A model generated the notes under the pieces. It saw only the letters and a list, made by a program, of their open reading frames with translations. It made no database searches and had not been told where the DNA came from. DNA of 64,000 nucleotides from assembly GCA_963834385.1 (NCBI GenBank), contig CAWIBO010000002.1:416001-480000 (forward strand), given 5' to 3'. Shown piece after piece: positions 1 to 8,274 of this stretch (positions within the stretch are counted from its first letter, which is position 1; each line of letters begins with the position of its first letter). A program made the position numbers and the translations under genes. Source of the stretch: an uncultured Verrucomicrobiae bacterium. GTDB lineage: Bacteria > Verrucomicrobiota > Verrucomicrobiia > Chthoniobacterales > UBA10450.

Positions 1-888
1 CTCAGACCTGCTCGCTGCTTTGCCTTTCTCTGAAAGAGTGCGCCGAGAAAGAGAAGGAGGGAGCGCAAGGCCAGTCCGATCGCCCGGACAAAATCGTGGA
101 GGAAGAGAGCGAGGCGGCTGGGGTTGTTAAATTGATGAAAAGATCACGGCTGGCGGTCAGAGGGAGCGAAGAGACGTTTCCCTCAGCACTGCCGCCGTGG
201 TGATGGACGACGATGGCGGAGGGAAGATGAAAGAGTTTCCAGCCGCCGGCGCGGAAACGGAGCGACCATTCCTGGTCCTCCGCATACATGAACCAGCGCT
301 CGGTCAGCAGCCCCACCTGGTCAATGGCCTCACTTCGCACCATCATGCAAGCGCCGGAGAGCCACTCGACCTCGCGGAGATCGCGGTCGTGATGTCCGGC
401 GTAAAGGTAGATTCCTTCGAAAAAATGCCACCGGGGAAAGAGACGCGCCAGGAAAAGCCAATGGTTGATGGTGCGCCGCAATGTAGGAGCGTGTCCGGCC
501 CCGAGGATGTCCAGGCCCGCTCCACGATGGTCGAGGCGAGGCCCCACGGCGCCTGCTTTCGGATTGCCGACCAGAAAATCTCGCATCCGCTCCAGGGCGT
601 CGTTCCGGACTTCAGTATCCGAGTTCAGCAGGACGATGAAGGGCGCTGTGGCGCACCGAATGGCTTGATTGTTTGCTGCGGCAAAGCCCCGGTTCTGCTC
701 ATTGACGATCAGTGTAACCGTTGGGAAGGAAGAGCAAACCATTCAACGCTGCCATCGTGCGAGCCATTATCCACGACAAGAACCTTCATCTTGGTGGGGT
801 CCGACCCGCTGAAGAGAGAGTTCAGGCACGCGGAGAGCAGGTCCTGCGTATTCCAGCTGACGATGATGATTGTCAGGTCAGGGGCCAT
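1..888 (-). CDS. Family 2 glycosyltransferase (WbbL/GT2-like); runs off the left edge; two apparent 1-nt deletions (~743 and ~128)
   Basis: The N-terminus MAPDLTIIIVSWNTQDLL...VVDNGSHDGSVE (ORF 709-957) joins ORF 2-742 (NRGFAAANNQA, LLNSD, WLSGACMMVR, FMYAEDQEW). The natural C-terminus continues in another frame (NNPSRLALFLHDFVRAIGL). Confidence 0.85.
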
Positions 889-1097
889 TGAACTCTTTCG
901 CTGTTTCTGGCGGTATCCTCCCCGAGCGTCCGCGCAGGGCATCGCCCAGTTCCACAAGCGCGGCCTTCGAATTTGTAGGGACGCATCGCGGTGTTATCGT
1001 CGAAAGACCCCGGGTGGACCGAGCGACGACCGTTACAAGGCGCTCATGAACTCTCACCGTGAAAATAGGTGACGATGCGTGACATAGCTGGGCGTGT

Positions 1098-2036
1098 TTA
1101 AGGGCTTCGAGAATTATCTGGGATAAGGCGGCTTTCGTCCAAGCGTCCCATGGCTCCGAACAGGGCATCACGCACTCCAAGGAGGCTGGCGTAAAGTTTT
1201 GCGCGCTTAGCGCGTTCGAACAAGGCGATAAAAATGAGATCCCGAACTTGCGCTTTGGTCACGCGAAGGACCCAACGTGGTTCGGTAAACGCAAAGCGTA
1301 TCGAAAGAAGCAGTCGATTCCGAGCCATGTAATATCGCCGCATCGGGCTGTGATTGGAGGTGCTGCGACGACGACCTAAAAAATGGAATACGTAGGGTTC
1401 GCCGATTTTGTGAGAGATCCCAAAAGATTTAGCCTGGATTACATGGAAGCCGCGAGCTTGGGCGCGCAAACAATATTCGTCGTCCACGCTATCGATAAAC
1501 AGTTCGTCGCGAAATCCTCCCAGCTGCTCGAAAATGGATCTGCGGAGAAGAGCTCCCGAAGTAATGACGGTTTTGACAATTCGATAGGGAAGATCATCAC
1601 GATCCTGCTCGACCACGAGATGATGAAAGGGGCTGTTATAATCAGCGCCGATAACGGAAAGGAGATGACGGTAAGGAAATGCTGCGTAGGCCCGCTGGGC
1701 CGCCGGAACCAGTTCGGGCAACGTCTCCGAATCTTGATCCATGGTGAGGATCCACTCGAAACCCATGTCCAGTACCCGAACTCCTTGGTTCAAGGCCTTT
1801 GCTACGCCGAAGTTATCGGAATTTGCGAGAATCCTGACCCCTGAATCGGACTGAAAAGGGTCGAGATGGTCTGTTCGGCGCGAGCCATTATCAACAATGA
1901 CCAAACAGCGAACCTGCTGACGAAGATTAAGTAGTCGCTGCAACACCATGCCATCAGGGTTGAACGTTATGACCACGGCAGCCATGTTCCCTGAGTCGGG
2001 ACCGGCTCCCTCTAAAGCAGGAGCTTCAACGCCCAT
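1098..2036 (-). CDS. GT2 rhamnosyltransferase (RfbF-like)
   Basis: AVVITFNPD, IVDNGS, NFGVAKALNQG, LTMDQDS, VITSG, FIDSVDDEYCLR, HSPMRRYYMARN. Start uncertain (2036 or 1985). Confidence 0.85.
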   Translation of the reverse strand: MGVEAPALEGAGPDSGNMAAVVITFNPDGMVLQRLLNLRQQVRCLVIVDNGSRRTDHLDPFQSDSGVRILANSDNFGVAKALNQGVRVLDMGFEWILTMDQDSETLPELVPAAQRAYAAFPYRHLLSVIGADYNSPFHHLVVEQDRDDLPYRIVKTVITSGALLRRSIFEQLGGFRDELFIDSVDDEYCLRAQARGFHVIQAKSFGISHKIGEPYVFHFLGRRRSTSNHSPMRRYYMARNRLLLSIRFAFTEPRWVLRVTKAQVRDLIFIALFERAKRAKLYASLLGVRDALFGAMGRLDESRLIPDNSRSP

Positions 2037-2056
2037 TCTTGTCAATTGATGGTCCC

Positions 2057-2917
2057 TCAGAGGCGGCTCTTCTGACCAAAAGCGATGTGATGCGTTTGAA
2101 AAATGGTCCACAAGTGAGTCACGTTGAAACCGCCCTCTTTCAGAAGCTCTCCAAGCAACGGTTCATCAAAGACGTGGTGGTGAAGGGCACGAAAGCGCGC
2201 GTTTTCCCGCGCTCGTGCAATAAATGCTTCTCGCGATCCGGCGCCGGGGTCGCGCGTTAAATCGTGGAATTGTAGAATCTCTTCAACATGGGTCTGGTCG
2301 TCCTCCGGCGTATTATGGGAGAAGTCACTGCGCAAGTGCTCTATGGTAGTCACCGTTCTGTAACGATCGAAAGATGTAACCCGGCACGGCACAATAACGG
2401 CGAGTGTCCCCCCAGGGCGCAAAACGCGTCGCCACTCGTGAATGGCTCTGATGGGATTTGCGAGGTGTTCGAGCGTGTGAGAAGAGAGAATCGCATCATA
2501 GCAATTGTCGCACATCCCAGATAAATCGGTGGCCTCGCGGAGATACTGCGTGCCTGCGGATTTATTTTCATCAAACTCGAAGGTTCCTCCATCTCGTAGC
2601 CCACTCTCCCAAAGAGTCGAATCCGTGAAATTGCAGTTATCAAGAGAACGAGCGTAGCGATATACCGGAAAAGTCCCATTGCGCCCAAAAAGTGAACTCG
2701 GTCCTCCGATTTCGAGAACACGCTTATTTCGGACGATTCGAATGAACGCTCGGCGGGAACGGGCCAGGGTGAAGCGGCCCCGAAGGTTTTTCGCTAACCA
2801 AGCTGGCGACCACCTCTGCGCGGCTTCCGTGTTTTCCATATCGAATCCCGGCCGGAGATCGACCGTCGAACAGCTTAGGATGAAAGCGCTGCTGTTCAAC
2901 ATGGGGTCTGAATTCAT
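2057..2917 (-). CDS. Class I SAM-dependent methyltransferase (glycan-cluster associated)
   Basis: VLEIGG motif I; YDAILSSHTLEHLANP; WRRVLRPGG. Confidence 0.8.
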   Translation of the reverse strand: MNSDPMLNSSAFILSCSTVDLRPGFDMENTEAAQRWSPAWLAKNLRGRFTLARSRRAFIRIVRNKRVLEIGGPSSLFGRNGTFPVYRYARSLDNCNFTDSTLWESGLRDGGTFEFDENKSAGTQYLREATDLSGMCDNCYDAILSSHTLEHLANPIRAIHEWRRVLRPGGTLAVIVPCRVTSFDRYRTVTTIEHLRSDFSHNTPEDDQTHVEEILQFHDLTRDPGAGSREAFIARARENARFRALHHHVFDEPLLGELLKEGGFNVTHLWTIFQTHHIAFGQKSRL

Positions 2918-3012
2918 AATTCATCCGACGCCTGCGTGGTGCGAGGAGGGGGTGGTCGGTTCAGTTATGATGCTCGTGCTGACTGCGGGTTCTCCGCTAA
3001 CATTCTTCTCCC

Positions 3013-3717
3013 TTGTCTAAAAAAATACTATTTTTCACTCCCTTCGCCGGAATGAGCGGAGCTGAGCATATGCTCATCCGGTTGATTGAAGCCCTCGGCA
3101 AAAATGGGTTTGAGGTTGCTCTTTACGCCCCAGTGGCGGGGTCTGCTCTCGCGAATATCTCCCCGTCGATCCGCGTTTTCACCCACCCCTTGGGGCGAAG
3201 CAAGCGTCATTTGAGCCAGCGGATCGCGGCGTCGTCACCACGCCTCTGGAAGTTTCTCTTTTGGCTGCATGTGAAGAGTGTTCACAACGCGTTTCGGCCG
3301 GACTTATGGCATCTAAACACTGTCCATATGGCGGATATTGCCGCCTTCGCCGGCCGACTGGGGGTGCCCTACGTCGCTCATTTTCATGATTTGCTCATGA
3401 TGTACGGGCTTGTCTCTGCGGCGTCTTTGTCGCGCATGGTGAAAGGCGCCTCTGTCGCAATTGGTTGTTCGGAGGTGGTTTGTGAAGCTTTGCGGACCAT
3501 GGGGGCGCCCCGCGTGGAGCTTCTTTATGAATCAATCGAGGTGGAGACAGTCCAAACGACATCAAGGCGTTCTTCGATACGGGAGCAACTGGGGATACCA
3601 GAGAACGCGTTCGTCTGGATGATGTCGGGAACAATATCCTACCGAAAGGGGACCGATCTGTTCGTTCGGGTCGCACGTGTCCCCTCTACGCGCAGAGCCT
3701 ATTTTTTCCGGGAGTAA
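3013..3717 (+). pseudogene. Family 4 glycosyltransferase, C-terminally truncated
   Basis: SGAEHML, AHFHD, SEVV, REQLGIP, GTISYRKGTDLF, then a stop at 234 aa. No C-terminal E-x7-E region in any downstream frame. Confidence 0.7.
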
Positions 3718-3836
3718 GCAAGAGCGGTCAGAGTCCGACAAACCCGTTCCGCGTCCGGTGGTTTATCCCGCTGGCCAAGCGCGTTAACTCGCGGCTATGA
3801 TCCCGTGCCCGCCGGCCAACCGGGGATGGCAAATCG

Positions 3837-4766
3837 ATGAGACAACTCCAGCATAAACTGAGCGTGGCCCGCGGCGAAGAGCCGGCGGAGTTGCTCTTCA
3901 AGAACGCGCGCCTGATCAATGTCTTCAGCGGCGAGATCCATCCGGCCAGCGTGGCGGTGGACGACGGGCGGGTGATCGGTTTCGGAGATTATAAAGCGCG
4001 GGAAACCATCGATCTCGAGGGGGCTTTCCTCGCTCCCGGGTTTATCGCCGCCGGACACGTCCAGGCCCAAACGACGATCTACAGCCAGAACTTCAACACA
4101 ATCGAAAGCGGCCTGCCGACAGCCTGGTCGCTCTCCATTAACGCGAGCGCCACAACCGTTGGCACCCCGGGAGCCACATTTGTCAGCGCCAAAACCACCT
4201 GGGGTGATGGCGCGGGTAATTTCCGCAATGTCGCGTCCGCGGCCGGCCTACTCTCCACCGCCACCCAGGCACAACAGGACGCTTCCACCAATCGGGCACT
4301 GGGGCTGCGCCAGAGCGGCAGCTTTGGCGACCCGGGCGCGGCCTTTAACCTCAATTTTGGGACGGTGGGCGCCACCGTCACCAGCCTGTCGCTCGACTTG
4401 ATGATGTTAAGCGTGCAGACCCGTTCCACCCCTTTCGCGATTCAGTATGGAATCGGGACCAATCCCGCCTCATTCACAACCCTCGGGACCTACAACGATC
4501 CCGGCCTCTTCGGCACCACCACCCTTACCTATACCCCGCTCGATTTCGGAACCTCTCTGAACGGACAATCGAGCATCTTTTTCCGGGTGGTGGCGCTGTC
4601 GGGCTCCACTGGCTCCGGGAGCCGCGACACCATCGCGATCGATAACTTTACCCTGCAGGGCTTCGGCTCGGTCCAGCTTATCCCCGAGCCTTCCACCTGG
4701 GCCCTCCTCGGGATCGGACTCCTCGGCTTTGGGGCACGCTCCGCCCGCCGACGCCTGCGCGGTTAA
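3837..4766 (+). CDS. Chimeric ORF: adenine deaminase N-terminal ~70 aa fused to a PEP-CTERM surface protein
   Basis: VARGEEPAELLFKNARLINVFSGEI...IDLEGAFLAPGFI is typical of the AdeC N-terminus. It is followed by a Thr/Gly/Ser-rich beta domain and IPEPSTWALLGIGLLGFGARSARRR (PEP-CTERM). Confidence 0.75.
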   Translation: MRQLQHKLSVARGEEPAELLFKNARLINVFSGEIHPASVAVDDGRVIGFGDYKARETIDLEGAFLAPGFIAAGHVQAQTTIYSQNFNTIESGLPTAWSLSINASATTVGTPGATFVSAKTTWGDGAGNFRNVASAAGLLSTATQAQQDASTNRALGLRQSGSFGDPGAAFNLNFGTVGATVTSLSLDLMMLSVQTRSTPFAIQYGIGTNPASFTTLGTYNDPGLFGTTTLTYTPLDFGTSLNGQSSIFFRVVALSGSTGSGSRDTIAIDNFTLQGFGSVQLIPEPSTWALLGIGLLGFGARSARRRLRG

Positions 4767-4873
4767 ACCGACCGGGTCGGCCTTCCCCTCGTCGCCCTGG
4801 GCCTCTCCCCGGGCGGCTTTCAGCGTCGCCCACATCTCCTTGACCGGGATCGGCGGCTTCGCTAACAAGGGCC

Positions 4874-5596
4874 ATGAGAACTTTCGTCCTCTACGGTGTT
4901 GCCCTGTTCTTGGCCCTGACCACCTCGATGGCCGGAACGGAATCCTACTCAAAGAACATCAAGGAAGTTGCGACCGCTCCCGCTCCCTGCCCGCCCTGGT
5001 ACCGCGACCGGGAATGGAACGTCTCCCTCTGGGGCACCTACGCTTTCCCGGGGAACGATGCGGAACGCATCGAGGAGGAGGGCATGCTGATGTTCTCCAC
5101 CATCGAAGGCGACCGCTATCTCGAATCCGACGATGCCTGGGGCGGCGGCATTGACCTCAAATATTTCTTTCACCGCTACTTCGGCGTGGGCCTCGAGGGA
5201 TTCGTCCTCAGCAGCCGCCGTCAATACGCGAATGTCGATGGGTTTCTCGGGTTCGACAGCCGCACCAGCTATGACGAACGCCTGGTGGGTGGTCTTCTCG
5301 GGACGTTCACCCTGCGTTACCCGATCGGTTGTTCGCGCTTCGCGCCCTACCTCTTCGTCGGCGGCGGCGCCATCTTCGGCGGCGGCGAACGCACCGTCCT
5401 GGAATTCCCCGCCTTCCTCGAAGTCGAAACCCGCAGCACCGACTCCGAAACGGAACTGGTCGGCCAGTTTGGCGGCGGACTCGAAATGCGCGTGACCGAG
5501 CGCATCGGCCTGATCAGCGACTTTAGCTGGAACGTGATCGACGGCCCAGACGACAACTTCGGCATGGTCCGGGCCGGTTTGAACTTCGCTTTCTGA
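4874..5596 (+). CDS. Outer-membrane beta-barrel protein (verrucomicrobial porin-like family)
   Basis: Signal peptide, SKNIKEVATAPAPCP linker, amphipathic strands, terminal GLNFAF with C-terminal Phe. Confidence 0.75.
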   Translation: MRTFVLYGVALFLALTTSMAGTESYSKNIKEVATAPAPCPPWYRDREWNVSLWGTYAFPGNDAERIEEEGMLMFSTIEGDRYLESDDAWGGGIDLKYFFHRYFGVGLEGFVLSSRRQYANVDGFLGFDSRTSYDERLVGGLLGTFTLRYPIGCSRFAPYLFVGGGAIFGGGERTVLEFPAFLEVETRSTDSETELVGQFGGGLEMRVTERIGLISDFSWNVIDGPDDNFGMVRAGLNFAF

Positions 5597-5598
5597 TC

Positions 5599-5978
5599 TT
5601 ACCGCAGAGGCGCAGAGGACGCAGAGGGGGGACTGCGGGAAAGGATGAAGGCGGAAGTAAGAAGGCAGAAATAGTTTGGAACCAAACTCATCCCTTCCCT
5701 TTCCTGCTTTCCTATTTCCTGATTCATTCCCTCTTCCTGGTTTTCCAAATTTAACCACAGAGGTCGCAGAGAGCACAGAGGAGGGAGTGGAGGATCCTTC
5801 AATTCTCTTCGTTCCTGATTTCCTCTTTTCCTGATTCGTTCCTGGCTTCCTGGTTTCCAAATTTAACCTCAGTGGTCGCAGGGGATGCTTCGAGAGCCGA
5901 CCGACGATTCACCATTCACAATTCACCATTCACGCCCCTCACCCTCCCCCCTCCGCGCCCTCTGCGCCTCTGCGGTAA
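5599..5978. repeat. ~380-bp intergenic element bounded by ~29-bp inverted repeats, containing minus-strand copies of the 155-bp composite repeat
   Basis: 5599-5627 TTACCGCAGAGGCGCAGAGGACGCAGAGG matches the reverse complement of 5950-5978 at 27/29. 5701-5724 is the exact reverse complement of AATCAGGAAATAGGAAAGCAGGAA. Confidence 0.85.
5907..5934 (+). repeat. Heptamer tandem repeat (ATTCACN)x4
   Basis: ATTCACC ATTCACA ATTCACC ATTCACG read directly. Confidence 0.8.
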
Positions 5979-5985
5979 ATAAACC

Positions 5986-6732
5986 CTAGAGCAGCTCGTA
6001 GGAAAGCACGCTCAGGCAGTAGATCGCGGCGGTTTCCACCCGCAGAATGATCGGGCCCAGGGTGATCGGCTGGCAGCCGTGCCCCAGCGCCAAGGCCACT
6101 TCCGCCGGGGTAAAGTCGCCCTCCGGCCCGATGCACATGAGCGCCTCCGTTGGCCGGGCGCCCCCGCGTTCCTCCACCTCGCGCAGCACTTCCTTCAAAT
6201 GACGCGCCCCCGGCTGGAGCGACCCGATCAAGGCCAGCCCGGGCGCTTTCCCGGTCCCGGCAAAAAACTCCTTCAGGCGCACCGGAGAGCGCACCTGCGG
6301 CAGCCAGTTCTGACCGCATTGCTTGGCCGCTTCGATCGCGATCCCCTGCCATTTCGCCTGTTTCCCGGCCGCTTCCTCAGGGTCAAGCCGGACAATGGTG
6401 CGGTCGGAGATGATCGGGACGATCTCGCTCGCACCGATCTCGACCGCTTTCTGGACGATGAGATCCATATTCTTCCCCTTCGGGATGGCCTGGGCCAGGG
6501 TGATCCGGCAGCGCAACGGCGGGGTCTCCGCCTCGTGCAGCTTCGTCAGCTTCACTTCCCCGCGCCCGACCTCCGCGATCTCCGCGGTCATTTCCCGGCC
6601 GCGCCCGTTAAAGAGCACCACCTTCTGCCCCGCCGCGCCGCGAAGCACATCCCGGCAATGGTGCGCCTCCGCCCCGGTCAACCGCGGCGAGGCCGGATCC
6701 CATTGCTCAGGCGGAAGATAGAAACGATGCAT
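5986..6732 (-). CDS. rsmE: 16S rRNA m3U1498 methyltransferase RsmE
   Basis: MHRFY, HHCRDVLR, QKAVEIG, EAAKQCG, IGPEGDF, LGPIILRVETAA. Confidence 0.95.
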   Translation of the reverse strand: MHRFYLPPEQWDPASPRLTGAEAHHCRDVLRGAAGQKVVLFNGRGREMTAEIAEVGRGEVKLTKLHEAETPPLRCRITLAQAIPKGKNMDLIVQKAVEIGASEIVPIISDRTIVRLDPEEAAGKQAKWQGIAIEAAKQCGQNWLPQVRSPVRLKEFFAGTGKAPGLALIGSLQPGARHLKEVLREVEERGGARPTEALMCIGPEGDFTPAEVALALGHGCQPITLGPIILRVETAAIYCLSVLSYELL

Positions 6733-6779
6733 CGGAAAAGTAAGAAGGAAGAATTATGAATTAAGAAAACAAGAGTGGA

Positions 6780-7240
6780 GAAGAAGAATTAGGAATCCAG
6801 GAAGGGTAAATCAGGAAATAGGAAAGCAGGAAAGGCAAGGAATGAGATCGGTTCTGTACTATCTCTGCCTTCTTACTCTGCCTTCAGCCTTCTCCCCAGC
6901 CGCCCTCTGCGTCCTCTGCGTCTCTGTGGTTTAAATTTGGAAACCAGGAAGCCAAGAGGAATGAATCAGGAAATAGGAAAGCAGGAAGGGGTATGGGTAA
7001 TTTGGCTCCACTACTTCCGCCTTCTTACTTCTGCAGCCTTCTCCCCAGCCGCTCTGTGTCCTCTGCGTCTCTGTGGTTTAGAATTTGGAAACCACGAAGC
7101 GAGGAAGGAGGAATTGAATCAGGAAAATAGGAACTGATGAAGGTCTAAAGCAGAGCGCTCAGGAATTCCTTATTTCCTGCTTTCCTGATTTGTTTTCTCC
7201 CCAGCCTTCCTCTGCGATCTCTGCGTCTCTGTGGTTTAAA
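6780..7240 (+). repeat. Tandem array of ~155-bp composite repeat units (about 3 units), left of vapBC
   Basis: AATCAGGAAATAGGAA(AGCAGGAA) starts at 6809, 6964 and 7117. CTCTGCGTCTCTGTGGTTTA recurs at ~6914, ~7061 and ~7219. Confidence 0.9.
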
Positions 7241-7258
7241 ACCTTGAAAAGAGGTCGC

Positions 7259-7280
7259 AATATGGGAATATGGGTCCCAT
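7259..7280 (+). promoter_or_regulatory. Probable TA autoregulatory operator
   Basis: Direct repeat AATATGGG-AATATGGG and palindrome ATGGG-T-CCCAT overlapping the antitoxin start. Confidence 0.45.
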
Positions 7281-7545
7281 CAAGACGACCGTGGAATTGC
7301 CGGATTCCCTGCTGCGGCGCGCGAAGAACGCGGCGCTCAAAGAGGGACTCTCCCTCAAACAGCTCCTGACCGAAGCCCTTGAGCTCCGGCTCAGCCGGCT
7401 GGGTCTATCCTCCAAGTCCCGGGTCGCGGACCCGCGCTGGCGAAAAGCCTTCGGCGCGTTAAAACATCTCCGGTCGGAACGCCGCAAGATTGAAAAGGCC
7501 ATCGCCGAGGAGTTCGAGCAGATCGAGGCGGAAGACCGCCAATGA
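7270..7545 (+). CDS. vapB: VapB-like antitoxin (ribbon-helix-helix/CopG type)
   Basis: KTTVELPDSLLRRAK...GLSLKQLLTEAL; ATGA overlap with the downstream PIN gene. Confidence 0.8.
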   Translation: MGPIKTTVELPDSLLRRAKNAALKEGLSLKQLLTEALELRLSRLGLSSKSRVADPRWRKAFGALKHLRSERRKIEKAIAEEFEQIEAEDRQ

Positions 7546-7919
7546 TCCTCGATACCAACGCTCTTTCCGCCCTTTTGGATCAGGATCGAGGGCTGGAGAG
7601 CGTCGTGCGCGATGTGGTCGAGCTTTGCCTCCCGGTGATTGTTCTGGGGGAGTACCGTTACGGCATCTCCGCCTCACGGCACCGCGCCGAGTATGAGGGC
7701 TGGCTGGAGCGGGAAGCCGCTTTGTTTCGGATCCTTCCCGTGACCGAGGAAACGGCCATCCATTATGCCGTTATTCGCCGGGAGCTTCACGAGACCGGCA
7801 CGCCCATCCCCGCCAACGACGCCTGGATCGCCGCGCTCGCCCGGGAACATCGTCTGCCGATCGTGAGCCGCGACACCCACTTCGATCATCTGCGCAGCAT
7901 CCAACGCATCGGCTGGTAA
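7542..7919 (+). CDS. vapC: VapC PIN-domain toxin
   Basis: MILDTNAL, IVLGEY, IPANDAWIAALA, VSRDTHF; the acidic PIN residues are intact. Confidence 0.92.
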   Translation: MILDTNALSALLDQDRGLESVVRDVVELCLPVIVLGEYRYGISASRHRAEYEGWLEREAALFRILPVTEETAIHYAVIRRELHETGTPIPANDAWIAALAREHRLPIVSRDTHFDHLRSIQRIGW

Positions 7920-7920
7920 A

Positions 7921-8258
7921 GAATGAATTAGGAAATAGGAAAGCGGGAAAGGGAATGAATTTGGAAGCCAGGAAGAAAAATGAATCAGGAAATAGGAAAG
8001 CAGGAAGAGGGACGGGAATTACTTTTGGTCCCGAACAATTTCTGCCTTCTTACTTCAGCCTTCAACTTCCCCCGTCCTCTCTGCGATCTCTGCGTCTCTG
8101 TGGTTTAAATTTGGAAACCAGGAAGCCAGGAAGAGGAATGAATCAGGAAATAGGAAAGCAGGAAGGCGAATGAATTTGGTTCCCAGTATTCTGCCTGCTT
8201 CCCTCAGCCTTCACCCTTCTCCCCAACCCGCCTCTGCGTCCTCCGCGCCTCTGCGGTA
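7921..8258 (+). repeat. Continuation of the ~155-bp composite repeat array (about 2.3 units), right of vapBC
   Basis: Module starts at 7926, 7983 and 8141 (period 158). Ends in CCTCTGCGTCCTCCGCGCCTCTGCGGTAA, the same terminal motif as 5950-5978. Confidence 0.9.
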
Positions 8259-8274
8259 AAAAAAGAAAACGAAG

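Noticed and set aside
7241..7920. Classical integron cassette
   Set aside because: No intI in the window, and no convincing attC (RYYYAAC...GTTRRRY) around vapBC.
5599..8173. Small ORFs 5599-5802, 6937-7137 and 7955-8173 sharing MNQEIGKQE / LRLCG peptides
   Set aside because: They are translations of the DNA repeat. The frame is not preserved between units, so selection appears to act on the nucleotide sequence.
6780..8258. CRISPR array
   Set aside because: The period is ~155 bp, the variable segments are diverged homologs of each other (e.g. GATGAGTTTGGTTCCAAACTATT versus AATGAATTTGGTTCCCAGTATT) rather than unique spacers, and no cas genes are present.
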